Shown one piece after another: positions 18,674-27,286 of a DNA stretch of 64,000 nt. The notes below the pieces were generated by a model that saw only the letters and a list, made by a program, of their open reading frames with translations, was not told where the DNA came from and made no database searches. Every line of letters begins with the position of its first letter. Position 1 is the stretch's first letter. The position numbers and the translations under genes are program-made. Source of the stretch: Roseomonas sp. (lineage in GTDB: Bacteria; Pseudomonadota; Alphaproteobacteria; Acetobacterales; Acetobacteraceae); contig DASYDR010000095.1 of NCBI GenBank assembly GCA_036499545.1, positions 396-64,395 on the forward strand, read 5' to 3'.

Positions 18674-20980
18674 ATGCCGCCAGCATTCAACGCCCGGACC
18701 CTGCAGGCCGCCCTGCCGCCGCTCACCGGGGAGCTCCGGCTGCCGGGCCTGGCGGCGCCGGTCACGGTGCTGCGCGACGCCTGGGGCATTCCGCATATCC
18801 GGGCGCGGGGCGAGGCCGACGCCTTCCGCGCCCAGGGCTTCGTGCATGCCCAGGACCGGCTGTTTCAGATGGAGCTGAACCGCCGCCGCGCGCTCGGCCG
18901 CGCCGCCGAATGGCTCGGCGCCGCGGCGGCCGAAGGCGATATCCTGGCCCGGCGCCTGGGCGTGGAGGTCGCCAGCCGGCGCGATTGCGCCGCCCTCGGC
19001 GAGGAGGCGCGGGCGATGGTGGAGGCCTATGCGGCCGGCGTGAACGCCTTCATCGCCTCCGGCGCGCCGCACCCCGCCGAATACGCCCTGCTCGGCACGA
19101 CGCCGGAACCCTGGGAAGGCTGGCACTGCGTCGCGGTGATGCGCCGCCTCGGCCTGTTGATGGGCTCGGTCTGGTTCAAGCTGTGGCGTGCCGCGGCGTT
19201 GCCGCTGGTCGGCGCGGAGAACGCGGCCAAGCTGCGCTACGATGATGGCGGGCGCGACTTGTTGCTGGTGCCGCCGGGCGTCGAGGCCACGCGCTGGACG
19301 GCGATGCTGGCCGATCTGGCACCCGGGATGGAAGCACTGCTCGGCACGGCGGCAGGGGATGCGACGGGCGGCGGCAGCAACAACTGGGCGGTGGCGCCGG
19401 CGCTGAGCGGCACCGGCCGGCCATTGCTCGCGGGCGATCCGCACCGCGTCTTCGAGATCCCGAACATGTATGCGCAGGGCCATCTCGCCTGCGATGCCTT
19501 CGATGCGATCGGGCTGACGGTACCGGGCGTGCCGGGCTTTCCGCATTTCGCCCATAACGGCCGCGTCGCCTGGTGCGTCACCCATGCCTTCGTCGATATC
19601 CATGACCTGTTCGTCGAACGCCTGGATGCCACCGGCGCGCGCTGCGCCTTCCGCGGCGATTGGCGCCCGGTGCGGCGGCGGGAGGAAGCGGTGCTGGTGC
19701 GCGGCGAAGCGGCGCCGCGCACGGTCACGGTGCTGGAGACCGATCACGGTCCGATCATCGCCCAATCCGGCGACATCGCGCTGGCGTTGCGCTCGGTGCA
19801 ATTCGCCGAGACCGATCTCTCCTTCGATTGCCTGCCGCGCATGCTGCGCGCGGAGAGCGTCCCGGCCCTGTTCGAAGCGACGCGCGGTTGGGGCCTGATC
19901 GACCATAACCTGGTCGCCGGCGATACCGGCGGCCGCATCGGGCATCTGGTGCGCGCCCGCATCCCGCGCCGCCCGCGCGCCAATGGCTGGCTGCCGGTGC
20001 CGGGCTGGACCGGCGCGCATGACTGGCAGGGCTGGATCGAACACGAGGCCATGCCGCAGGTCATCGATCCGCCCGGCGGCCTGATCGTCACCGCGAACAA
20101 CCGCGTCGCCGCCGATGACGGGCCGGACTACCTCTGCACCGATTGCCATCCTTCCTACCGCGCGCGCCGCATCCTGGACCGGTTGCGGACCGAGGCCGCG
20201 GCACGGACCGTGGAGGGGGCAGCATCCCTGCATGCCGATACGCTCTCCGCCAATGCCCTGCTGTTCCGCGAACGCATCGCCGCGCTGGCGGAGCCCGGCG
20301 ATGCCGCGGCCGCGGCGTTGCGGGCCCGGCTGCTCGCCTGGGATGGGCGCATGCAGGCCGGAGACAGTGCCCCCACCGCCTATATCGCGCTGCGGCGCGC
20401 GTTGACCGCGCTGTTGGCCGAGCGCAGCGGCCTGGCGGGCCTGGCGTCGCATCCCTTCCTGACCGTGGCGCCCGGCGTGGTGCCGCAGGGCCAGCTCTGG
20501 TGGGCGCTGCCGAACCTGCTGCGCGCGGACGACGCCAGCCTGCTCGGCGGCCTCGGCTGGGCGGACGCCTTCGGGGAAGCGCTGGCGCGGGCGGCACGGC
20601 AGGACACGGACCAGCCGTGGGGCGAAGCGCACCGGCCGCGCCTGGCGCATCCGCTCTCGCCGGGCTTTCCGGATGCGGCGGCGCTGCTCGATCCGGCCGG
20701 ACTGCCGATCGGCGGCGACACCGACACGGTGCTGGCCAATGGGCTGCTGCCGGCCTCCGGCCCCGCCGCCACCTATGGCGCGCTGGCGCGCTATGTCTTC
20801 GATGTCGGCAATTGGGAGAATTGCCGCTGGGCCGTGTTCCACGGTGCCTCCGGCCATCCCGGTAGCCCGCATTTCGCCGACCAGCATGCGGAATGGGCGG
20901 CGACCAGGATGGTACCGATGACCTATGGCTGGGAGGCGATCGCCGGCGCGGCGCGGACGGCGCAGCAACTGTTGCCCTGA
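18674..20980 (+). CDS. Penicillin acylase family Ntn-hydrolase, cephalosporin acylase AcyII-like
   Basis: RDAWGIPHI, QGFVHAQDRLFQM, autocleavage site GGG|SNNWAV (Ser codon 19376), GDPHR, TANNR. No signal peptide. Confidence 0.93.
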   Translation: MPPAFNARTLQAALPPLTGELRLPGLAAPVTVLRDAWGIPHIRARGEADAFRAQGFVHAQDRLFQMELNRRRALGRAAEWLGAAAAEGDILARRLGVEVASRRDCAALGEEARAMVEAYAAGVNAFIASGAPHPAEYALLGTTPEPWEGWHCVAVMRRLGLLMGSVWFKLWRAAALPLVGAENAAKLRYDDGGRDLLLVPPGVEATRWTAMLADLAPGMEALLGTAAGDATGGGSNNWAVAPALSGTGRPLLAGDPHRVFEIPNMYAQGHLACDAFDAIGLTVPGVPGFPHFAHNGRVAWCVTHAFVDIHDLFVERLDATGARCAFRGDWRPVRRREEAVLVRGEAAPRTVTVLETDHGPIIAQSGDIALALRSVQFAETDLSFDCLPRMLRAESVPALFEATRGWGLIDHNLVAGDTGGRIGHLVRARIPRRPRANGWLPVPGWTGAHDWQGWIEHEAMPQVIDPPGGLIVTANNRVAADDGPDYLCTDCHPSYRARRILDRLRTEAAARTVEGAASLHADTLSANALLFRERIAALAEPGDAAAAALRARLLAWDGRMQAGDSAPTAYIALRRALTALLAERSGLAGLASHPFLTVAPGVVPQGQLWWALPNLLRADDASLLGGLGWADAFGEALARAARQDTDQPWGEAHRPRLAHPLSPGFPDAAALLDPAGLPIGGDTDTVLANGLLPASGPAATYGALARYVFDVGNWENCRWAVFHGASGHPGSPHFADQHAEWAATRMVPMTYGWEAIAGAARTAQQLLP

Positions 20981-20981
20981 G

Positions 20982-21323
20982 CTATCGCCGCTGCAGGCGG
21001 CAATGGGCTGGCGCCACGCCGGGTGCTGCGACGGATGCCTCGTCCCTGGATGCGGTGATCGCCAGCAGGCCGGCATCCAGGCGGGCGGTGTAGCGCATGC
21101 CGGGCCCGACCCCTTCCGGCACGCCGGCCAGGGTGACCGGCACGCCTTGCCAATCCAGCATCGCGGTCGGCGCATCGCCGGCCACGAAGACAATCGGCAG
21201 CGGCTCCCGCATCCCGCCGCAGGTCAGGATGGCCGAGACACGGGGCGGCTCCGTCTGCGCCCGGGCGGCGCTCGCCGGCGCCAGGGCCAGGCAGGCGAGG
21301 ATCGGGGTGGCGGCGTGGCGCAT
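20982..21323 (-). CDS. Small secreted hypothetical protein (possible MliC/PliC-like fold)
   Basis: Signal peptide ending A-R-A, two Cys flanking a ~80-aa mature domain. Start at ATG 21323 (alternative 21353). Confidence 0.6.
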   Translation of the reverse strand: MRHAATPILACLALAPASAARAQTEPPRVSAILTCGGMREPLPIVFVAGDAPTAMLDWQGVPVTLAGVPEGVGPGMRYTARLDAGLLAITASRDEASVAAPGVAPAHCRLQRR

Positions 21324-21337
21324 CGCGATCCGCACCG

Positions 21338-21916
21338 TCAGCGCCCCTGCCAATCCGCCGGCATCGGGCTGTGCCGGCCTTCGGCGAACTCCTCGATCAT
21401 CTTGGCGCAGAAAGCCGGCAGGTCGCCGGGGCTGCGGCTGGTGACCAGGCCATTATCCACCACCACCTCCCGGTCCAGCACCTCCGCGCCGGCATTGCGC
21501 AGGTCGGTGTGGATGCTGTGGTAGCCGGTCATGCGGCGGCCTTCGGCGACGCCGGCATCGATCAGGATCCAGGGCGCATGGCAGATGGCCGCGACCGGCT
21601 TGCCGGCTTCGAAGAAGCCGCGCACGAAGCGCAGCGCTTCCCGGTCGGTGCGGAGCGCATCCGGGTTATGCGCGCCGCCGGGCAGCACCAGCCCGTCGTA
21701 ATGCGTCGCATCCGCGGTCTTCACCGAGCGGTCCACTGGCACGGTCTCGCCTTTCTCGAAATGCCGGAAGCCGGTGATCTCGCCGGGCTTCGGCGACACG
21801 ATCTCCACCCGCGCGCCAGCCCGTTTCAGCGCCTGCAGCGGCTGGGTCAGCTCCACCTGCTCGAAACCGTCCGTCGCCAGGATCGCGATGGTCTTGCCCT
21901 GCAGCGTTTCAGCCAT
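21338..21916 (-). CDS. pfpI: PfpI/DJ-1 family protein (type 1 glutamine amidotransferase-like)
   Basis: AILATDGFEQVEL, YDGLVLPGG..NPD.LR, AAICHAPW, VVVDNGLVTSRSPGDLPAF. Confidence 0.93.
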   Translation of the reverse strand: MAETLQGKTIAILATDGFEQVELTQPLQALKRAGARVEIVSPKPGEITGFRHFEKGETVPVDRSVKTADATHYDGLVLPGGAHNPDALRTDREALRFVRGFFEAGKPVAAICHAPWILIDAGVAEGRRMTGYHSIHTDLRNAGAEVLDREVVVDNGLVTSRSPGDLPAFCAKMIEEFAEGRHSPMPADWQGR

Positions 21917-22057
21917 GCCTCTGTTCCCTTCCGTCCGTCCGGAGCGTGATCGGTTGCGGTGAGATCACCGGAAACCGTGGATCACGCGGTCGACCACAGT
22001 CCTGGCGCATGATCCGTGCGCGCAGGCGAACGCATCGTGCTCCAGCCAGGCGGGGGG

Positions 22058-22082
22058 AACGCCGCGGGGCGGCCAGGGTTCA
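22058..22082 (-). promoter_or_regulatory. Candidate EcfG/sigmaT general-stress promoter for pfpI
   Basis: Minus strand TGAAC-N16-CGTT against the consensus GGAAC-N16/17-CGTT, about 140 bp upstream of pfpI. Confidence 0.45.
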
Positions 22083-22257
22083 CGCACCGCCGCGTGAGGG
22101 GGTCTCACGTCGGTGGCGTGGTCCGCACTCGGCGTCGCGACCTGCCGTCCGATCGCAATTTGACATCGAGACGACCGAAGCCTTCGGTCATGATGTCCGC
22201 CGGATCTGCGCACTGCCGGGCTTCGGCTGGTCGGGATCGTGTTCGGGGAACAGGCGA

Positions 22258-23634
22258 ATGGAATTCGGCGTCTTCGATATCTTCCGCATCGGTATCGGCC
22301 CATCGAGTTCCCACACCGTCGGGCCGATGCGGGCGGCGGCGCGCTTCGCGGAGGCGCTTGGCGAGAAGGGCCTGCTGGCCCGGGTCGCGCGGGTGCGGGC
22401 GGAGGTCTTCGGCTCCCTGGCGCTGACCGGGCGCGGGCACGCGACGGACATCGCGATCCTGCTCGGCCTCTCCGGCGAATGGCCGGAGCATGTCGATCCC
22501 GACATGGCGGGCGACACTGTCGCGGCGATCCAGGCGGCAGGCCGCATCCGGCTGGCCGGCCGGCATCCGGTTCCTTTCGTGGAGGCGGAGGATCTGTTGC
22601 TGCATCGCCGTGAAGTGCTGCCCTGCCATACCAACGGCATGCGTTTCACCGCCTTCGATGCCGAAGGCGCGGCGCTGGACAGCCTGGTCTGCTACTCGAT
22701 CGGCGGCGGCTTCGTGGCGACGGAGGAGGAGTTGCTGCGCCCGACGGCGCCCGCTGCCTCCGTGGTGGTGCCCCACGCCTTCGGCAGTGGCGCAGAGATG
22801 CTGGCGATGGCGGCGCGGAGCGGCCTTGGCATCGCCGCCATGATGCGCGCCAACGAACACGCACGGGGCCACGCGACGCAGGCGGTGGATGCCGGGCTGC
22901 GCCGCATCCGCGATGCCATGCGCGACTGCATCGAGCGCGGCATGCGCGGCGAAGGGCATTTGCCCGGCCGCACCCGGCTGCGCCGCCGCGCCGCCGCCCT
23001 GCATCGCGACCTGCTGGTCCGCCCGCGCGAAACGGATCCGATGATCGCATCCGATTGGGTCAGCCTCTTCGCCATCGCGGTGAATGAGGAGAATGCGGCC
23101 GGCGGCCGCGTCGTCACCGCGCCCACCAATGGCGCCGCCGGGATCGTGCCCGCGGTGATGCATTACTACGAACGCTTCGTGGCCGGCGCGACCGAGCAGG
23201 GCGTCTTCGACCTGCTGCTGACCGCGGCCGCGATCGGGGTGCTCTACAAGCGCAACGCCTCGATCTCCGGCGCCGAGGTCGGTTGCCAGGGGGAGGTTGG
23301 CGTCGCCTGCTCGATGGCGGCGGCCGGCCTCGCCGCCGCGATGGGCGGTACCGTCGCCCAGGTGGAGAATGCCGCCGAGATCGGCATGGAGCACAATCTC
23401 GGGCTGACCTGCGATCCGGTCGGCGGGCTGGTGCAGATCCCCTGTATCGAACGCAACGCACTCGGCGCCAACAAGGCGATCATCGCCGCGCGCCTGGCGC
23501 TGCGCGGCGACGGCGCGCACCACGTCTCGCTCGATGACGTCATCCGCACCATGCGGCAGACCGGCATCGACATGCAGTCCAAGTACAAGGAAACCTCGCT
23601 CGGCGGCCTGGCGGTGAACGTCACCGAGTGCTGA
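22258..23634 (+). CDS. sdaA: L-serine ammonia-lyase (Fe-S, single chain)
   Basis: [90 protein letters not shown]. Confidence 0.96.
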   Translation: MEFGVFDIFRIGIGPSSSHTVGPMRAAARFAEALGEKGLLARVARVRAEVFGSLALTGRGHATDIAILLGLSGEWPEHVDPDMAGDTVAAIQAAGRIRLAGRHPVPFVEAEDLLLHRREVLPCHTNGMRFTAFDAEGAALDSLVCYSIGGGFVATEEELLRPTAPAASVVVPHAFGSGAEMLAMAARSGLGIAAMMRANEHARGHATQAVDAGLRRIRDAMRDCIERGMRGEGHLPGRTRLRRRAAALHRDLLVRPRETDPMIASDWVSLFAIAVNEENAAGGRVVTAPTNGAAGIVPAVMHYYERFVAGATEQGVFDLLLTAAAIGVLYKRNASISGAEVGCQGEVGVACSMAAAGLAAAMGGTVAQVENAAEIGMEHNLGLTCDPVGGLVQIPCIERNALGANKAIIAARLALRGDGAHHVSLDDVIRTMRQTGIDMQSKYKETSLGGLAVNVTEC

Positions 23635-23645
23635 TATTCGCGGTC

Positions 23646-23758
23646 GAGCGTCGGATTCAGACCTTCGGGCCGTTCGGTCCTCCGGCCATCGGACGCTCGC
23701 AAGTCGGGCGTCCGATTCAGACCTTCGGGCCATTCGGCCCTCCGGCCATCGGACGCTC
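23646..23758. repeat. Two tandem copies of a 53-nt palindromic REP-like element (23646-23698, 23706-23758)
   Basis: gagcgtcggattcagaccttcgggccgttcggtcctccggccatcggacgctc and gggcgtccgattcagaccttcgggccattcggccctccggccatcggacgctc, with a 60-nt period. A third inverted copy is at 55577. Confidence 0.9.
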
Positions 23759-24884
23759 AGGCATGCCTCGGCAGCCGTGCCAGCAGGCTGGCCAGCGCCG
23801 ATTGCGAATGCACGCCGACCTTGCCGAAGATGGCCTGCAGATGCGTGCGCGCCGTCGAATGCGCGATGCCCTCGCGCTCCGACACGGTGCGCAGCGGCAG
23901 TCCCGCCGCGACATGCGCGGCGATGCGCGCTTCCGTTCCGGTCAGGCCGAACAGGCTGCGCAACAGCCCCGGGTCGATGCCGGGCGAGGGGTCGCGCAGG
24001 ATCAGCAGCGCGGCCGGGCGCGGCAGGCCGATCTCGGTCACCGGAATGGCCGGCGCCGCGCCGAGGATGGCGATGCAGGGCGGCGCGTGATCGGCCGCCT
24101 CGATGCTGAGCCGCCCCTTGCGCTGCGCGGCGGGGCCGAGTGCCGTGGCGCGGATGGCGGCGGCGAACTTCGCCTGCCCGGCCGTGCGCGCCGTTTGCAG
24201 CCGGCCGGCGCGCAGGCGCAGCCAGTCGCCGCGCCGGAGCAGTGCTTCCGCGTCACGATTGGCCAGGATCAGGCGGCCATCGGCATCAGCCAGCAGGGCC
24301 GCCGCATCCATGGTGTCCAGCAGCGTGCTCCAGTTCCGCCGGACGGTGCCGGCGAAATGCCGCGCGAGGTCGAGGGCGAGGATCAGCTGTGGCGCCGCCT
24401 GCCGGATGGCCGCGAGATTCGCCGCCGTCGTCGCGGCGCCCTTCGCGTCGAGACAGAAGCCATAGCCGCCGGTCAGCACATCCGCCCAATCGCCGTAGAG
24501 CAGGTTGGTCACCTCCTGGATGCCCTGCGGCGCGAGAATATCGGCATGGAAGGCGGTGCGGTGCAGCGTCGTCCGGCAGAGGCTCATCGCCGGCAGGATC
24601 TCGCCCGGGCGCCGGCGCATCAGCAGCGTCGACATCGGGTTGACCTGATAGCGCTCCATGTAGAGCCGGTCGCAATCGGGATCGAGCCGGCCGACATGCA
24701 GGACGCTGTCGCGGGGATCGGGCGCCATGGCATGCACCATGGCCCCCTTCGCGCCGACGGCGTCCGACACCCCGGTCAGCGCCAGGGGCCAGAGCGTGGG
24801 GTCGAGTGCCGCCGCATGCAACTTCTCGATCGTCGGCAAGCCGAGCACGGCAACCGCTGCCTTCCGCAGATGATGGAGGCACAA
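23757..24884 (-). CDS. LuxR-type HTH transcriptional regulator with N-terminal GAF/PAS-like sensor
   Basis: C-terminal FGLTGTEARIAAHVAAG..LRTVSEREGIAHSTARTHLQAIFGKVGVHSQSAL. The central LLADADGRLILANRDAEALL segment is PAS-like. Confidence 0.85.
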   Translation of the reverse strand: MCLHHLRKAAVAVLGLPTIEKLHAAALDPTLWPLALTGVSDAVGAKGAMVHAMAPDPRDSVLHVGRLDPDCDRLYMERYQVNPMSTLLMRRRPGEILPAMSLCRTTLHRTAFHADILAPQGIQEVTNLLYGDWADVLTGGYGFCLDAKGAATTAANLAAIRQAAPQLILALDLARHFAGTVRRNWSTLLDTMDAAALLADADGRLILANRDAEALLRRGDWLRLRAGRLQTARTAGQAKFAAAIRATALGPAAQRKGRLSIEAADHAPPCIAILGAAPAIPVTEIGLPRPAALLILRDPSPGIDPGLLRSLFGLTGTEARIAAHVAAGLPLRTVSEREGIAHSTARTHLQAIFGKVGVHSQSALASLLARLPRHA

Positions 24885-25106
24885 CCCTAGCCTGTCCCGG
24901 CCTCGTTACGACCGGCAGCGGGCACCTGGGACGCCAGGATGGATCAAAGGCCGTTTATCTCGCCTTTACCCATCGGGATTTCATACTGGTACGGCGGCCG
25001 GGGACCTGCGGAAGCTTGCATGAGATCTCTGTCATCTGCGGTCGATCGCCGGGGGACAGCCCAGCCGCCCGGTCTTATTGTCCGGCCAAACGGGAGGGTC
25101 CCATAC

Positions 25107-26108
25107 ATGGATACGGAACGGTTCGGCATCGGTCGGCGCGCCGCCCTGGGGTTCGGCGCCGCCGCGCTCGGCCTGGCGCGGGGCGCCTCGGCGCAGCAGC
25201 CCTGGTCGCCGCCGCGGACGGTGCGCATGATCGTCGCCTATCCGCCGGGCGGCGGCGCGGATACCACGGCGCGGCTGCTGGCCGTGCCGCTCAGCAGCTT
25301 CCTCGGGCAGTCGATCGTGGTGGAGAACCGGCCGGGGGCCGGCAGCACCATCGGCGCCGGCGAAGTGGCGCGCGCGGCGCCCGATGGCTGCACCCTGTTC
25401 CTGGATTCCGCCGGCCACACCATGGCGCCGGCCCTGATCCGCAACCTGCCCTTCGACTACGCCACGGCCTTCACCCCGATCAGCAAGGTCATCCTGCTGC
25501 CGCAGGTGGTCGTGGTGCCGGCGGCATCGCCCGATACCGGCCTGGCGGCGCTGGTGGCCCGGGCGAAAGCCAATCCCGGCCGGCTGACCATCGCCTCCTC
25601 CGGCAATGGCGGGGAGCAGCACATCACCGGCGTGCTGCTGATGCGCGGCGCCGGCATCGACATGACGCATGTGCCCTATCGCGGGGGCGCGCCGGCGATG
25701 CAGTCGCTGCTGTCCGGCGATGTCGACTGCGCCGTCGCCACCATCACCTCCGCCCTCGCGCTGGTGCGGGACGGCAAGCTGCGGGCGCTGGCCGCGACCG
25801 GTGCCGACCGGATCAGCAGCCTGCCCGACGTGCCGACCGTCGCCGAGCTGAACCTGCCCGGCCTCATCGGTTTCGACCGCAGCGAATGGAACGGCGTGCT
25901 GGCCCCGGCCGGGCTGCCGCCGGCGGCGGTGGAGCGCATCCATGCGGGCCTCCTGCAGGGCCTGGCCGCGCCCAATGTGAAGCAGCGGCTGGAGGCGATC
26001 GGCGCCGTGGTGCTGGGCACCTCGGCCGCCGACTTCGCCGCATTCCTGGCCCGCGAGCGCACGGCCATGGCAACCCTGGTGCGGGAAGCCAATATCGTCG
26101 CGGATTGA
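25107..26108 (+). CDS. Bug/TctC substrate-binding protein
   Basis: GRRAALG Tat-like leader, IVAYPPGGGADT, VENRPGAGSTIG, APDGCTL, HVPYRGGAPA. Confidence 0.92.
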   Translation: MDTERFGIGRRAALGFGAAALGLARGASAQQPWSPPRTVRMIVAYPPGGGADTTARLLAVPLSSFLGQSIVVENRPGAGSTIGAGEVARAAPDGCTLFLDSAGHTMAPALIRNLPFDYATAFTPISKVILLPQVVVVPAASPDTGLAALVARAKANPGRLTIASSGNGGEQHITGVLLMRGAGIDMTHVPYRGGAPAMQSLLSGDVDCAVATITSALALVRDGKLRALAATGADRISSLPDVPTVAELNLPGLIGFDRSEWNGVLAPAGLPPAAVERIHAGLLQGLAAPNVKQRLEAIGAVVLGTSAADFAAFLARERTAMATLVREANIVAD

Positions 26109-26160
26109 GCCGGCCGGCGGGACCCCGTGCGGCCGGACGCAGGACCGGACGGGGAACCGC

Positions 26161-27189
26161 ATGGCACAGTTGGAATTCGGGCTGGACACCTTCGGCGACG
26201 TCACCGCGGGCACCGATGGCGCCCTGCTGCCGCAGGCCCAGGTCATCCGCGACGTGATCGAGGAAGCGGTGCTTGCCGATGCGCTCGGCATCGACGCCTT
26301 CGGCGTCGGCGAGCATCACCGCGCCGATTTCGCGGTCTCCGCGCCGGAGGTGGTGCTGGCCGCGATCGCCGGGCGCACCAGCCGGATCCGCCTCGGCTCC
26401 GCGGTGACGGTGCTCAGCTCGGACGACCCGATCCGCGTCTACCAGCGCTTCGCGACGCTGGACGCGGCGTCGCAGGGCCGGGCGGAGGCCGTCCTCGGCC
26501 GGGGCTCCTTCACCGAATCCTTCCCGCTCTTCGGCCATGAGCTCAGCCAGTACGAAACGCTGTTCGAGGAGAAGCTCGACCTCTTCGTGGCTCTGCTGCG
26601 TCAGGAAGCAGTCACCTGGCAGGGCACCATCCGCCCGCCGCTGACCGGCCAGCGCGTCTTTCCGACGGTCGAGAATGGTCCGCTCCACACCTGGGTCGGC
26701 GTCGGCGGCAGCCCGGGATCGGTGGTGCGCGCGGCGCGGCATGGCCTGCCGCTGATGCTGGCGATCATCGGCGGCGATCCCCGCCGCTTCGAGCCGTTCG
26801 TGGCGCTCTACCGCCGCGCCTTGGCGCAGCTGGAGCGCCCGACGCTGCCGATCGGCGTCCATTCGCCAGGCTATGTGGCGGAGACGGATGAACACGCGCG
26901 GGAGGAACTCTGGCCCGACTACAAGCAGATGCGGGACCGGATCGGCGCGGAGCGCGGCTGGCCGCCGATGACCCGGGCGGAATTCGACCAGGAGGCCGAT
27001 CGTGGCTCGCTTTATGTCGGATCGCCGGAGACGGTGGCGCGCAAGATCGCGGCGACCGTGAAGGCGCTCGGCATCGCGCGCTTCACGCTGAAGTACAGCA
27101 CCGGCACCTTGCCGCATGGCAAGCTGATGCGCGGCATCGCGCTCTATGGCGGCAAGGTGATGCCGCTGGTGCGCGACATGCTGGCCTGA
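26161..27189 (+). CDS. LLM-class flavin-dependent oxidoreductase (luciferase-like)
   Basis: FGVGEHHR, SAPEVVLAAIAGRTSRIRLGSAVTVLSSDDP, GRGSFTESFPLFG. Confidence 0.92.
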   Translation: MAQLEFGLDTFGDVTAGTDGALLPQAQVIRDVIEEAVLADALGIDAFGVGEHHRADFAVSAPEVVLAAIAGRTSRIRLGSAVTVLSSDDPIRVYQRFATLDAASQGRAEAVLGRGSFTESFPLFGHELSQYETLFEEKLDLFVALLRQEAVTWQGTIRPPLTGQRVFPTVENGPLHTWVGVGGSPGSVVRAARHGLPLMLAIIGGDPRRFEPFVALYRRALAQLERPTLPIGVHSPGYVAETDEHAREELWPDYKQMRDRIGAERGWPPMTRAEFDQEADRGSLYVGSPETVARKIAATVKALGIARFTLKYSTGTLPHGKLMRGIALYGGKVMPLVRDMLA

Positions 27190-27286
27190 CAACGCCCGGG
27201 ACCAGGGCCGAAGAAAAAAGCGAAGCCTCTGTCGGATGGCATGCCGCCCGATCGTCCTGGGTTCAGTCACACCAGAGGAGGCTGCC

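Noticed and set aside
21917-22257. Glycine riboswitch or hidden small gene upstream of sdaA
   Set aside because: No glycine-aptamer signature (GGAGA..CCGAAG..CTCAGG) is present, and the ORFs crossing the gap lack an RBS or recognisable features.
23646-23758. Possible mini-CRISPR (two direct repeats)
   Set aside because: The repeats are 53 nt with only a 7-nt spacer, there are no cas genes, and a dispersed inverted copy exists. This is REP-like, not CRISPR.
25029-25035. Isolated CTGTCAT heptamers (also near 39868 and 55565)
   Set aside because: These are single half-sites without a convincing partner at 11-bp spacing, so they are not called Pho boxes.
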